DNA of 64,000 nt, from the NCBI GenBank assembly GCA_014905635.1, contig CM026547.1, forward strand, positions 1,488,001 to 1,552,000, read 5' to 3'. This document shows, piece by piece, positions 1 to 11,732 of this stretch. The notes under the pieces were generated by a model. It was not told the DNA's origin and made no database searches. It saw only the letters and a program-made list of their open reading frames with translations. How positions within the stretch are numbered: position 1 is the first letter of the stretch; each line of letters starts with the position of its first letter. This stretch comes from Scenedesmus sp. PABB004 (taxonomy: Eukaryota). The position numbers were made by a program, and so were the translations under genes.

Positions 1-125
1 GCCGCGACTGCGGCCAGCGCGGCGAGGCCCTCGAGCGCGCCGCCGGCGCGCTGCTGGGCGCCGGCGCGCTGCTGCTGCTCGCCGCCGTCAGCCGCCTCCG
101 CGCTCTCCTCCTCCGCCGCGCTCAT
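1..125 (-). CDS. Possible 5' end of an unknown protein gene running off the left edge
   Basis: ATG at 125 opens MSAAEEESAEAADGGEQQQR..., which stays open to the window edge and lies head-to-head with the OXA gene. No recognisable domain. Confidence 0.3.
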   Translation of the reverse strand, partial: MSAAEEESAEAADGGEQQQRAGAQQRAGGALEGLAALAAVA

Positions 126-654
126 GCCCGGCGCCCGCTACCATGCACCAGCTCCGGCCTCCTCGACCGCACCGGCGGCATGCGCCTTTGGTTTGGCCTC
201 AGCAGCGCCGGGCTGCGCCTCAGCGCCGGGCTGCCGGCGGCAGCAGCAGTCGCGGCGCGGGCGCGGCGGCGGCGGCGTGGGCAGGCGCTCGAGGCGCAGG
301 CCGCACGCGTCGCCGTTGCTGGGATCCACGCCCGCGCGCGCTGGGGCCGCGGGAGCCAGCCGCGGGGCGCCGCGGCGTCGCACCTGGTGTGCGGGGGCCC
401 CGTGCGCCACCCCTGAAGACCCGAGGGACCGATGTGAAAACGCGGGGACCTCGGCGACAGGGCGCCTGGACGCCCGCCGGCTGCGCGTCCGTAGTGCATC
501 GGCGGCACAAGCGAGCAGCGCCCGACCCCAGGTCCCCCGACCCGCCTGGACGACCACTGTGTGCCCGCTGCCGCGCGGAGGCGACGCCAGCGCCGCCGCC
601 GCCGCTCAGGCCGCGCCGCCGCTGCGGCCGGAGCTCGCTGCGGGCGGCGGGCGC

Positions 655-2732
655 ATGTCGGCCCTCCTCCTCCTGGCCGCGCGGGCGCGCCTCTCCAGGT
701 GGGCTTCCAGCCGGGTGACGCGCCAGGCGGGCGCCTGGCCGCCTGACGCCGCCGCTGCCGCCGCCCCGCCGCACGCAGCGCGCCGTGGCAGCGGCAGCAG
801 GCGGCGGCAGGGGTCGCCGCGGCCGCGGCCGCGCGCTTCAGCAGCAGCTGGCAGCCGCAGGCGCAGCAGGAGGGGGTCGGGCAGGAGCTGCTGGGCGAGC
901 AGCTCGCAGGGGCGCCGGACCTGGGCTGGGCGGCGGCCGGCGCGGCGGCGCTCGACGCGCTGCACGCCGGCAGCGGGCTGCCCTGGTGGGCGGCGATCCC
1001 CGCGACCACGCTGGCGGTCAAGGTGCTGCTGCTGCCGGTCAGCCTGAAGCAGGCCAAGATCGTGCGCACCAACATGGTGCTCTGGGCGGAGTCGTCTGAG
1101 CTCGAGCGGCAGCGCCAGGCGCGCGAGGCACACGCCGCGGCGGCGGCGGCGGCGCCCGCCGCGGCGCCGGCCCGCCAGCAGCCGCTGGCGGCCGCCCGGG
1201 ACGCCGGCGCGGCGCCGGCGCAGCAGGCCGCCGGCGCGGCTGCGGCCGCGGCGGCGCTGCAGCAGCTCCTGCAATGGCAGCGCCGCGTGGCCACCTTTCA
1301 CGACCTGCGCCGCAAGTGCGCCGTCCCGCACCCCGCCTGGTTTGTGGTGAACCAGCTGCTGCAGGTTCGGCGGGCTCTGCCGGGCTCCGCGCGGCACGCC
1401 GCGGCGACGCAGCGCCGGCGGCGGCGCCGCCGCCGGCCGCCGCGTTGCCCGCTCACTTGCGCACCCGCCCGCCCCGCCCGCCGCGCCGCGCTGTGCCCGT
1501 CGCGCGCAGTGGCCGGTCTTCATATACCTGTCATACAGCGTGCGCAGCATGGCCCAGGCCGGCTGGCCGGGGTTTGCGAGCGAGGGCGCGCTGTGGTTCC
1601 GTGACCTCACGCTGCCGGCGCTGGTGCTCGGCGGCGCCGCGCCGGAGCTGCCCATGGGACTGCCGGGCCTGGTGCTGCCGCTCGCGGTCACGGGCGTGAT
1701 GCTGACCAGCATACGCATCGGCTTCAGGGCATCAGGTGCCGCCGGCGCGCGCAGAGGGGCCGGGGCCGCGCCGTCGCACGGCCCGCGCGGGCCGTGCGCC
1801 GACCGCCGACCGCCGCCGCGGCCGCGCCGGTCCGCAGGCGCGGCGTCGCGGCACCCCAGCGTGGCGGGCACGTGGCTGGCGCCGCTGCTGGCCTGGCTGC
1901 CGCCGCTGCTGTACGGGCTCACCCTCGCCAGCACCTACATCAAGCTGCAGCTGCCCCAGGCCGCGCTGCTGCACTGGCTCGCGAGCAGCAGCTTCACGCT
2001 CGCGCTGCAGCTCGGGCTGCGCCGCCCACGCGTGCGCGCCGCGCTGGGCTACGCCGCGCTTCCGGGCGGCGGCCCCGCGGCCGGCGGCGGCGGCGTCGAC
2101 CCCGCCGTCGCCGCCCAGGCGGCCGCGGTGGACAGCCCCGACGTGCTCGTGGTCATCGGCGCCAAGCACGCGGCGCTGCAGCGCTATGCCGAGGCGGAGC
2201 ACTGCCTCGCGCGCGCGCTGAGCCTCGACCCCGGCCACGCAAGGTGCGGGGCGGCGCCGCAGCAGTGGCGCGCACGCGTGCGCCGCTTCCGCCTGAGCGC
2301 CGCCGCCGCCGGCACAGGGCGCACTACTCGGCGGGCCAGGTCGCGGCGCTGCAGCAGCAGTGGCCCGCGTCGGAGTCGCACTACCGGCGCTGCGCGGAGC
2401 TCGCCGCCGAGCCCGCGGCGCGCGCCCAGGCGCAGTACTGCGTTGGCGTGGCCTGCCACCAGCAGGGCCGCCACCGCGACGCGCTCGCCGCCTTTGCCGC
2501 CGCGGGCGCCGTGGGCGGCGGCGGCAGCCTGGCGCCCATGCTCGCGCTGGGCCGCGCGCGCGCGCTGCGGGGGCTGGGCCAGGCCGGCGCGGCGGCGGCG
2601 GTCGCGCGCGACTTTCTGGCGTCGCCGGCGGCGGCCGCCTGCCCGGCGCCGGTGCTGGAGGCGCTGCGTGATGGCGCTGATGACGGCGGTGGCAGCAGCG
2701 GTGACGGCGGCGGCGGCGCACCTGCCGCGTAG
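655..2732 (+). CDS. OXA1/ALB3/YidC-family membrane insertase with C-terminal TPR repeats (OXA2/Cox18-like), about 5 exons
   Basis: Spliced protein contains LHAGSGLPWWAAIPATTLAVKVLLLP, QWPVFIYLSYSVRSMA..WPGFASEGALWFRDLT and LLHWLASSSFTLALQ, then TPR-like helices (YAEAEHCLARALSLDP; AQYCVGVACHQQG). GT-AG introns at about 700-778, 1366-1509, 1736-1838 and 2244-2317. Confidence 0.8.
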
Positions 2733-3454
2733 GCTGCTGCGGCGACGCGCCGAGCGCGACCCGCTGTGCGCCCGGGCGGCGGCGGCGCGGCCGGCGCGGC
2801 GGCGGCGGCGCGGCCCGGGACCGCTGGCGCATCTGCGTGCCGCACGCGTGTGTTGCTGCGAGCAGCGCGCGCCCGCTGTGGCGCGCGCAACTGCGAGGCG
2901 AAGTGACACACCCAACTGGCTGCCCGCTCGCGCGCCACATAGGCTATGCGCGCCCGCCGCGCCCCCCACCGGCCACACGACTCCTGATTCTACTCGTTTA
3001 CAGCCCCGCCACACAGCCAGCGGGCCAGGCGAGTCCGGGGCAGGCGCGGCAGATAGCGCGCCGGAGCGGGGACGCGTGCTGCGCCTTTAGCAGGTGCGGC
3101 GAGCTCTTCGTTAGCTCCTTTGTAGGGCGCTCCAGCGGCAGGACCGCGGCGCGGCGCCTGGCAGGGCGCCCGGGAGCAGCGCGGGCGCGGCCATCGCCAG
3201 TAGGCGGCAGCGCAGGCCAGGCCGCGACGCGCGCGGCTGCGCTGGCAGCCGCCTTCAGCTTGTCTCTGCGCCAGGAACCTTGTCGGTGGCCTGCCAGAGC
3301 TGAACGGCGCTGCCAGTGCGCCGCCCAACTGCGCGCGCATCGCCTCCCGCCAGGCCGCGCCGCGGGCGCTCCGGGGGCGCTGGCGGCCTGGCCGCGCACC
3401 CGAGTGGCTCTCTGACCACTTGCTACTGCTACGCGCCGTCCGCAGGTCGTCAGC

Positions 3455-4426
3455 ATGGCGTGCCTGAGCAAGGCCGGCCTGCTGCTCGTGGCCGTCCTGG
3501 CCATGGCGGCGGTGGCCTCCGCAGAGTACGGGTCCGACGGGTGAGCGCGCCGCCGGAGCGCGCGGTCGCGGCCGTTGCTCGTTAAGGAAGCGCTGCGGCG
3601 GCCCGGCGGCGCTGCCGGGCACGCGGCGCGCCCCACGCCGCGCGCCGCGCCGACGGCGCCGCGCACCGCGCCCTGCAGGCACGACAAGGACTTCAAGCTG
3701 CCCAAGAAGATCACCATCGTGCCCAAGGTCAAGGTGTACACCAACGCGACCAAGGGCCCCATCGAGCCGTTCAAGAAGCCGCTGTTCAAGCTGAACAACA
3801 CCATCATCCACAAGGCCAAGGAGATGCCCGCGAAGGACCACTACAAGGAGGAGCCGGTGCACGACTACACCGAGAAGCCCGACGTGTGGAAGTGGAAGCC
3901 CGAGGTGGAGTTCAAGCTGAACAACACCATCATCCACAAGGCCAAGGTCTACAAGGCCAAGGACCACTACAAGGAGGAGCCGGTGCACGACTACACCGAG
4001 AAGCCCGACGTGTGGAAGTGGAAGCCCGAGGTGGAGTTCAAGCTGAACAACACCATCATCCACAAGGCCAAGGAGTACAAGGCGCCCGAGTTCAAGGAGG
4101 CGCCGGTGAAGGACATCACCGAGAAGCCCGACGAGAAGGAGTGGAAGGTGCGCGAGCGGTGGCAGCCGCATCGGGGCGGCGGCGGGGTGCCCGCAGTGGC
4201 TGCAGCGGGGTGCTCTCGGCGGCGGCAGCGGCGGCCGCGGCAGCTGCGGCCATCGCGCGCCGAGCTGACCGCTGCGGCTGACAGCCGTGCCGCTGCTCAG
4301 CCCACCGCGCTCACGCGGCCCGCCCGACCGCCCGCCTGCGAGCAGGACGTGGACAAGGCGTACAAGGAGTGGCACGACGCCGCCCAGAAGCACGGCCCGC
4401 CCGGCCACGACGGCTACAAGCACTAA
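3455..4426 (+). CDS. Secreted Lys/Glu/His-rich tandem-repeat protein of unknown function (3 coding exons)
   Basis: Signal peptide MACLSKAGLLLVAVLAMAAVASA. Exons 3455-3540, 3679-4147 and 4346-4426 with GT-AG boundaries; TAA stop; TGTAA at 4639. Confidence 0.85.
3785..4147 (+). repeat. Coding tandem repeat, 126-bp (42-aa) unit, about 2.9 copies
   Basis: TTCAAGCTGAACAACACC starts at 3785, 3911 and 4037, exactly 126 bp apart. Unit FKLNNTIIHKAKxxxAKDHYKEEPVHDYTEKPDVWKWKPEVE. Confidence 0.95.
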
Positions 4427-4638
4427 GCTTGTCCCGGGGCGGCGCGCGGGGTGCCGCCGCGAGCCCCCACTGCGCTGAAACACGCGCGCCGGCGCGCCGC
4501 GGCGGCGCGCCCCGCGCGCCGCTGTACCCTACAGAGCCGCAGCAGCATTCCCCGAACTGAAGATTTTCGGCGGGTGGCGAGGCCAGGGACGCGCGGCGCT
4601 TGCGCACACAGCTGAAAGATTGCTGTCGCAGCGGCGCG

Positions 4639-4643
4639 TGTAA
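4639..4643 (+). terminator. TGTAA green-algal polyadenylation signal
   Basis: TGTAA about 210 nt after the stop codon. The same motif follows other genes at 20206, 43412 and 47661 (+) and 4738-4742 and 14751-14755 (-). Confidence 0.65.
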
Positions 4644-4928
4644 CTGCCTGCTCTCTCCGCCGCCTTGCCGCGCGCGCACGCGGCAAGCACGGCTGCACCC
4701 AAGGCTCGGCAGCTCTGCACGAGGCGGGTCGCGTCAGTTACAGCGTGCGCCAGCCAATCACGGCGCACAGCGTGCGCGTCAGCCAGCTGCGCCGAACTGC
4801 GGCGATTGCTGCTTCGCATGCGCCGCCCTCGCCCAGCCGCCGTTCCTCACCAGCCAGCCTACCTGCCTCCCTGCCTGCCTGCCTGCCTAGCTGCCTCCAC
4901 CCCCCTGGCGTGCCCCCTCCCCCCGCCC

Positions 4929-7043
4929 TCACGCCACCGCTGCCAGCGCCGCCGCCACCGCCGCGACCGCCGCGAGCCGGGCCGCCGCCGACGGCGCGAC
5001 GAGCGCGGTGGCCGCGCTGGCGACCGCGCCGCCGCCCGCGCGCTGGCGCGGCCCGGGCGCCATCGCGCTCGCCGGCACGCCGATCTGCTGCGCCACGTCG
5101 GGCGGCACCAGCACGTGCGCCACCACGTGCACCACGGCCTTGCCGCCGACGAGGTCGGGCGCCAGCACCGCGCTGCCGTCGACGGCGAGGCCCGCCCCCG
5201 GCGCGGCGCGGCCCGACTCCTGCACGACCGCGCCTGGCGGTGGCCAGCTCGGTGGCGCGGGCCTGCGGGCGGCGGCACAGCGCGGGCGCAGCGTCGGCGG
5301 CGAGCGGCGCGGCAGGGCTGGCAGCCGGCCGGCCGGCCGCCCCAAAGCTCGCCCGGCGGGCCGGCCCGCGGCCGCTCCGCTGGCACTCACCCCGGCCCCT
5401 CCTCCACTGTGAGCGCGTTGCCGGCCTGGGTCTTGAGCCCGCCGCCGCCCGCCAGCGCCTCGAGCGACAGCGCCTCCAGCGCCTTGCTGCCCAGCGACAC
5501 CCCGGCGACGAGGTGCCCGCTCACGAGCTGGTCCGCCAGGCTGGCGTTGCCGGCCAGCGCGCGCTGCGCCGACGGTGACAGCGCGCCGAGGAACGCGCGC
5601 ATGGCCTGCGCGGGTGCGGGTGCGGCGGCAGGCGGCGGGCGGGCGCGGCACGGCGCGGCACGGCGCGGCGCGGCGACGGACAACAGGCCGGTCAGCGAGC
5701 AGGCGGCGACGCCCCCCCCCCCCCCCCTCCTGACCTCCTTCAACTCTCCGCCATGGCCGCCGGCCGGCCAGCTCACCTGGTTGCTCGGCGCAAACAGGGT
5801 GAGCTCCGCGGCCGGGTCCTCCAGCACGGGCAGGAGCCCCGCCTGGTCTGCCAGCTGCGCAAACATCTCCAGCTGCTGCGTCGGGTCGCGCAGCACGCTC
5901 AGCGCCGACGCGTAGCGCCCGCCCGGGCCGCCGGCCAGCGCGGCAGCCGCCGCGGCCGCCGCGGCGGCGGCGGGGCCCAGCAGCGCGTCCACGACGTGCC
6001 CCGTCGCGCTGCCGGACTGGAGGTTGGGCTCGACCACCGACAGCACCGCGCCCGTGGGCGAGTGCCGCAGCCGTGCCGTGCCGTCCTCCGGCCGCACGGC
6101 CACGACCTCCAGGGAGCCGCCGTCGGCGGTGCGCAGGCGCTGCCCCGGCTCGAGCCGGTCCAGGCTCAGCGGCGCGCCCGGGACGGTGAGGCCGTTGAGC
6201 TGCGCCGCCAGGGCCGCCGCGGGGACGTCGGCAAACACGCGGCCCGCGGGCGCGTCGCGCAGCGCGGGGAAGGCCGCCTCAAACGCCTGCGAGCGGCGCG
6301 CGCGGCGCCCGGGGTGTGCGGGGGCCGGCGCGCGGCGCTGCGCGCGCCTGCTGCGGCCGTCCCACCGCCCCACCGCCCCGCCGCCTCGCCGCCTCAACCC
6401 TGCACGCACCGCGTCGTCCGGGATGAAGATCGTTCCCTCAAACGAGGGGTCGGACAGCGCGGTGGCGGGCCCCGCCGCCTCGACCGCGTCCATCCACAGC
6501 CCCACCGGCGACGCGGCCTGCGCCAGCGGCACCAGCACGCCAGGCTCGTCTGCGGCGGCGGCGGCGGCGCCGGCGGCGGGTTTCAGGGGGGGGGGTACCT
6601 GCCGCCGCGCGCGGCGGGCGCGGGTGCAGGGGCGGCCGGCGCCCGCGCGGCGCGGGCCGGCCGCGGCCGCACCCGAGTTCGCGGGCGCCTGCGGGTCGAT
6701 GATGCCGGTGGTGGGGTAGGTCGTCACCGGTGGTGGCGGCGGCGCGCGCGGGCCCACGCGCGCCGGCGCCGGGGCCGGCGGCGGCGCGGCCGCGATCGCC
6801 GTCGTGGCCGGCCCCGCGTCGTCCTCTGCCAGCAGGCACGGCGCGCCTGCGGGGGGAACGGGCGGCCGCGTGAGGCGTCCTGTGGGGGCCTCCAGGTGCA
6901 GGGGCCGCGCCGCGGCGCTGCGAGGGCGCCGCGCGGGCGCCGCGCAGCGGCAGCTGCCGGCACTCACCGAGCAGCACCACCACCAGCGTTGTGAGCCGCA
7001 GGCGCGAGGTGCGCCGGGCCGGAAAAAGGCTCCGACGGCTCAT
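4929..7043 (-). CDS. Fasciclin (FAS1)-domain surface protein, two FAS1 domains, multi-exon
   Basis: Hydrophobic N-terminus (RLTTLVVVLLG). FAS1 H1/H2 motifs GTIFIPDDA...GHVVDALL and LTLFAPSNQ...VVHVVAHVLVP; hydrophobic C-terminal tail. Confidence 0.8.
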
Positions 7044-7556
7044 GGTTGCACCGGCGCGGCCGCCGGCCCGCGCCAGCGCGCCCTGGCCCCCCAGCGCGAG
7101 GTGGGCGCGCAGCAGGATGTGCCGGGCTGCCCCGCCCCCAGGTGGCGCCTGGCGCCGCTGCGGCGCGGCCGGGAACTCGCGTTTAGTAGTCCGCGCAGGA
7201 CGCGGCCCGTGCCAGCCCTGTCGCGCGCGCGCCGACCGGTGGTGGGCGCGCAGGTGCGGGCGGTGTGAGGGGTGGCCGCCTTGCCCGAGTGGTTGCGAGT
7301 GTGCGCTCGGTTTAACAGTGCTCACAGTGTGTCCGCGACGCCACCGAGCGGCGAGCGGGCAGCTGGCGGGCGGGGGGCGGTTGCCCTCGGTCGTTGCGCG
7401 TCCCGAGGTCGCGCCGAGCCGGGAGCGGTCCCTGTTATCAATGGTCGGCACTGTGGGCGGCTCCGCGGGTTCCGCCGCGGGAGCGCCCATCGCCGCCGCT
7501 GTCCCGGCGCCGGTGCCGCCTCGCTCACCGCTGTCCCGGCGCCGGTGCCGCCTCGC

Positions 7557-8047
7557 TCACCGCCGCGCCCGCCGCTCCCTGCTCCTGCTCCTGCTCCTGC
7601 TCATGCTGCGCTTGCGGCTCCGGCTGCGGCTCCGGCTGCGGCTGCGGCTGCGGCGCCGCCGCTCGCGGCCGGCGCTGCGCGCCCCGCTGCGGCTGCGGCG
7701 CCGGTGCTTCTTCTTGGCGCTGCCGCTCCGGTGGCGGCGCTTGTCGCGCGAGCGGCTGCGGTGGCTGTGCCGCCGCTCGCGGCTGGCACTGCGCTCGACG
7801 CCGCGGCGCGCCCTGCTGCCGCTGCGCTCGCGCCGCGCCCTGTCTCGGTCCCTGCTCCGGCTCCGGTCCCTGCCGCGGCTCCTGCTGCGGCTCCGGCTCC
7901 TGCTGCGCCGCCGCCCAACCTCGGCCGCGTGCGGCCTGCTGGCATCGGGCTTCTCGCCATCAACGCGCCGCGCCTGTGGCGGCTCCGGCGGCGCGCCACG
8001 CCCCGCGCTGCCGTCTGCAGCTGCCCCGCGCTGCTGCTGCGGCGCCC

Positions 8048-8120
<73 letters not shown>

Positions 8121-8370
8121 GTGCTGCGCCGGCGGCGGCTCGCTCGCCGGCGTCTCCTGCGGCGGCTGCCCGCGCGGCGGCGACGCGCTCAGCGCGAGCG
8201 CGGCCGGCTGCTCGGCGCCCATCGGCTGCAGCGCGCTCCACTCCACGCGCTGCCGGCTGCCCTCCGCCATGACGGTGTAGCTGGCCAGCGGCGCCGGGCC
8301 GCCGTGGACCATCAGCACCTTGGCCGGCACGCGCCGCCCGTCCGCCAGGAAGCACCACACGCTGCGCGCG

Positions 8371-8404
<34 letters not shown>

Positions 8405-9961
8405 TCGGCGGCGTCAGCGGCGTCAGCGGCGCTCGGCGCGCGCACGCAGAAGGCACGCTGCGCCGCGGCGTCCCACCTCTGCCCTCTCACAAACGTCAGG
8501 CCATCCGAGGGCGCCTGCAGCAGCGCCGCCGCCTGCGCGACCGGCTCGCGCGCAGGCCGGAGCGGCAGCACGGCGGTGGCCTGGCCATTGCTGGCGGGCT
8601 GCTGCGCCGGCGGCTGCTGCTGCGGCGGCTGCGGCCGCTGCGCCGGCGGCGGCTGCTGCTGCTCCAGCGGCGGGCCCCTGCCCACGTTCCCGGCCTCCTC
8701 GCTGTCCGAGGCGGAGCCGTAACCTGCCAGCACCGTGAGCGCGCCCCCGGCGCCGCCGCTGCTGGCGGTGCCGTTGGTCGCACCGCCGTCACGGCCGCCG
8801 GCGCGACCCGTGCTGCTGCCCATGCCGCCGCCCGCCCCGGCCACCTCGCCATACACCTCGCGCGCGACCTCGTCTGCGCCGCGCGGCGGCACGCCCTGAG
8901 CGGTGGCGCGCCGCGCGCAGGGCACTCGCGGCGCCGCCCCCCCCCCCTGGCGGCCGCGCCGCGCCGTGCCGCGCCGCACCAAACATGCGGTCAGTCACCT
9001 CCACCAGGATCGCCGTGAGCTGCTCCCGCAGCTGCCGCTTCACCGCCTCGCCGCGCGCGTGCGCCGCGGCCGCGGCGCTCGCCCGCGCCGCCTCGTCGTC
9101 GCCGCCGGCGTCGCCCCAGCGCGAGCCTGCGGCAGGACCGCGGCGGCGGCGGCGGCGGCGGCTAGTCAGAGCAGCGCGGCCGCGCAGCGGAGCGCCGCGC
9201 GCCACGCCCGCGCATCGCGACCGCCTGTCGCACCCGGGCCGCCGCCGCCCGCGCCCGGCGGGGGCGCCTGCTCGTGCGTCGCCTGCGCGGGCGCGGCCTC
9301 TGCCGCCGCCTTTTTGGCTGCGTCCGCCTGGCGCTTGGCCATCTCTTCGCGCAGCCAGCCCGGCACGACGCTGCGCCGCGCCTCGCCTGCCGCGCCCGCG
9401 CCCGCGCTGCCCGGCGCGCCGCCGTTGGCAAACGCGTGCGCGCTCAGCGGCGGCGGGTGCCCGCCCGGGTAGCTGCTCGCCGGGTGCGGCTGCTGCGCCT
9501 GCAGCTGCGCCGCCGCCGCCGCGTGCGCCGCGCCGGGCTGCACCGGCAGCGCGTGCTGCTGCTGCATTGCCGCCTGCTGCTGCTGCATTGCCGCCTGCTG
9601 CTGCATCGCCGCAGCGTGCTGCATCGCCATCTGCTGCTGCTGCATCGCCGCCTGCTGCTGCATCGCCATCTGCTGCTGCATTGCCATCTGCTGCTGCATC
9701 ACCGCCTGCTGATGCATCGCGTACTGCTGCTGGTGCATCGCAAACCCTGGCGGCTGCTGCCCAGGGAACGGCGCGGCGTGGCCGGCCATCGCCTGCTGCT
9801 GCGCGTGGAGCGCGTGCTGCTGCGCGTAGTACTGCTGAGCCGCGGCCTGCTGCTGCGCCGCCGCCGCCGCCTCCCACGCGTGCCACTGCTGCAAATAGGC
9901 TGACTGCTGCTCGCCGCTGAGCGCCGCGAACGCCGCCTGGTCCATCTGCGACGGCGCCTGC

Positions 9962-9993
<32 letters not shown>

Positions 9994-10221
9994 GTGCTGC
10001 TGGTGGTGCTGCTGCTGCTGGTGCCGCTCGGGCGGCGGCGGCGGGGAGCCGGGAGGCAGCGGCGGCGCGTCCTCCTCCGCGGCCGGCGCCGGCGGTGGCG
10101 GCGGCGGCGGCGGCGGTGGCGGGGAGCCGGGGGCCGCGGCGGCGTCGCCGCCGCCACCGTCACGAGGCATCGCCGGCGCCGGCTCGGCCGGCGGCAGCGG
10201 CGGCGCGTGGGGCGACGCCAT
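7557..10221 (-). CDS. PNISR-like Arg/Ser-rich splicing-related protein with Q/P-rich N-terminus and RS tail
   Basis: VVPGWLREEMAK and REQLTAILVEVTDRMF-DEVAREV resemble conserved PNISR segments. C-terminal RSRSRS domain; polyQ tracts. Confidence 0.65.
8050..8120 (-). repeat. (CAG)n polyglutamine tract
   Basis: Near-perfect CTG run on + strand encoding over 20 Gln in the last exon of the PNISR-like gene. Confidence 0.95.
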
Positions 10222-10632
10222 GCTGCGGCCGCCGCGCTGCGCCGCCGGGGCCGGCGCGATCGCCAGGCGCGCGGGACGGGCACGCGCCGCGATCGGCCCC
10301 GGCGGGAGGCGCTTTTTTTTTGGAGCGGGAGCGCGGCGGGCGGGTTGCACCCCAAGCAGGCGCGCGGCCCGTCTCCAGCATCCTCACTCCACAGCCGGGC
10401 GCGGCGGTCGCCGAAGCCCCCCCCTGCAGCCGCAGCACCGCGCCGCGCCAGCCCGCGGCCTCTTCGCGCGCGCGTGGCGCCTGGGCCCGCCCTCCACGCA
10501 CCCCAAACGCGCCCGCGCGCGCCCCTGACCACAGCGCGCCGCGCAGCCGCGGGCGCAGCCGCAGCCGCCGCGCGCGCCGCCGCCGCTGCTGCCGGCCGGC
10601 AGCCGGGGGCGCGCCGCGCGCGCCGGGCCGCC

Positions 10633-11398
10633 ATGAGGGGCGCCAAGGTGACCATCAAGTACACGGCCGACGATGCGGCCGCCAGGGTGCGCCGCCGCGC
10701 GCCGCGGGGGCGGCGCAGCCGCCGCAGCCGCCGCGGCGCTGCGCCCGGCGGCCGCCGGCCGCGCGCGAGGCCCCGCCGCCCGCCGCGCCGCCCGGCCGGC
10801 GCAGGAAGCGGAGCTGGAGGACTTTCTGTTTGGCGGCGGCGCCGGCGTGGGCCGGCTGCTCGCCGGCGGCGCCGGCGGCGGCGAGGCGGGCATCGCGGAG
10901 CTCGTGCGCGCGGCCGAGGCGGACGCCGGCGGCGACGACGCGGACGGCGAGCTCTTTTTCGAGGACCGCGGCGGCGACGACGGCGGCGCCGACGGCGCGG
11001 CGGGCCCTGGCCCGGGCAGCGCGCGCCTGCAGCAGCAGGGCGGCAAAGGTGCGCCGCGCGGGGGCGCTCGCGCGGGGGCGTTCGCGCGGGGCCCGGCGCC
11101 GCGGCGAGCGCCTGAGCCGCAATGCCCCCCCCCCCCCCCCGCGCCGCCGCACCTCCCCGCCTCCCCGCCGCCGGCAGGCAAGAAGCGGCGCGCGCCGGCG
11201 TGGGTGGACCCGGCTGACCGCGACGCGCGCGTGGCGGTCGCGGACGCGCCGCGCCTGCGCAAGCTGCGCGCGACCAAGGCGCAGACCGAGCTCTCGGGCG
11301 CAGAGTACGAGGCGGCGCTGCGGCGGCAGCACGCCAAGCTCAACCCGCGCACGGGCTGGGCGGCGGCGGCGAAGCGCGCCCCCGGCGGCGCCGCGCGG

Positions 11399-11429
<31 letters not shown>

Positions 11430-11701
11430 CGCAGGAGCCGGACGAGGAGACCGCGGAGCGCCTGCTCGCGTCGGGCAGCGGGCTGCTGCTGCGCGGCGGC
11501 GGCGGCGGCGCGGCGCGCGGCGGGCTGCTGGCGCCGGGCACGCTCGAGCTGAGCCGCCTGCGCGACGCCAACGGCGCGAGCCCGAGCGACGCGGTGGTGC
11601 AGGCGCTGCAGTTCCACCCCAACGGCCAGCTCATGCTGACGGCGGGCTTTGACAAGCGGCTCAAGATCTTCCAGGTGCGGCGGCGGCGCGTGTGAGTGCG
11701 T

Positions 11702-11732
<31 letters not shown>

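Noticed and set aside
125..140. In-frame TAG just upstream of the minus-strand ATG at 125, suggesting readthrough or a recoded stop
   Set aside because: The upstream frame has no convincing ATG or homology, and TAG terminates other genes normally (2732, 39329).
3080..3130. Imperfect hairpin upstream of the secreted repeat gene
   Set aside because: No ACA or C/D boxes and no identifiable target; such pairing is expected by chance at this GC content.
3785..4147. Regularly spaced repeats that could suggest a CRISPR array
   Set aside because: The units are contiguous in-frame 126-bp coding repeats with no unique spacers, no cas genes, and a eukaryotic context.
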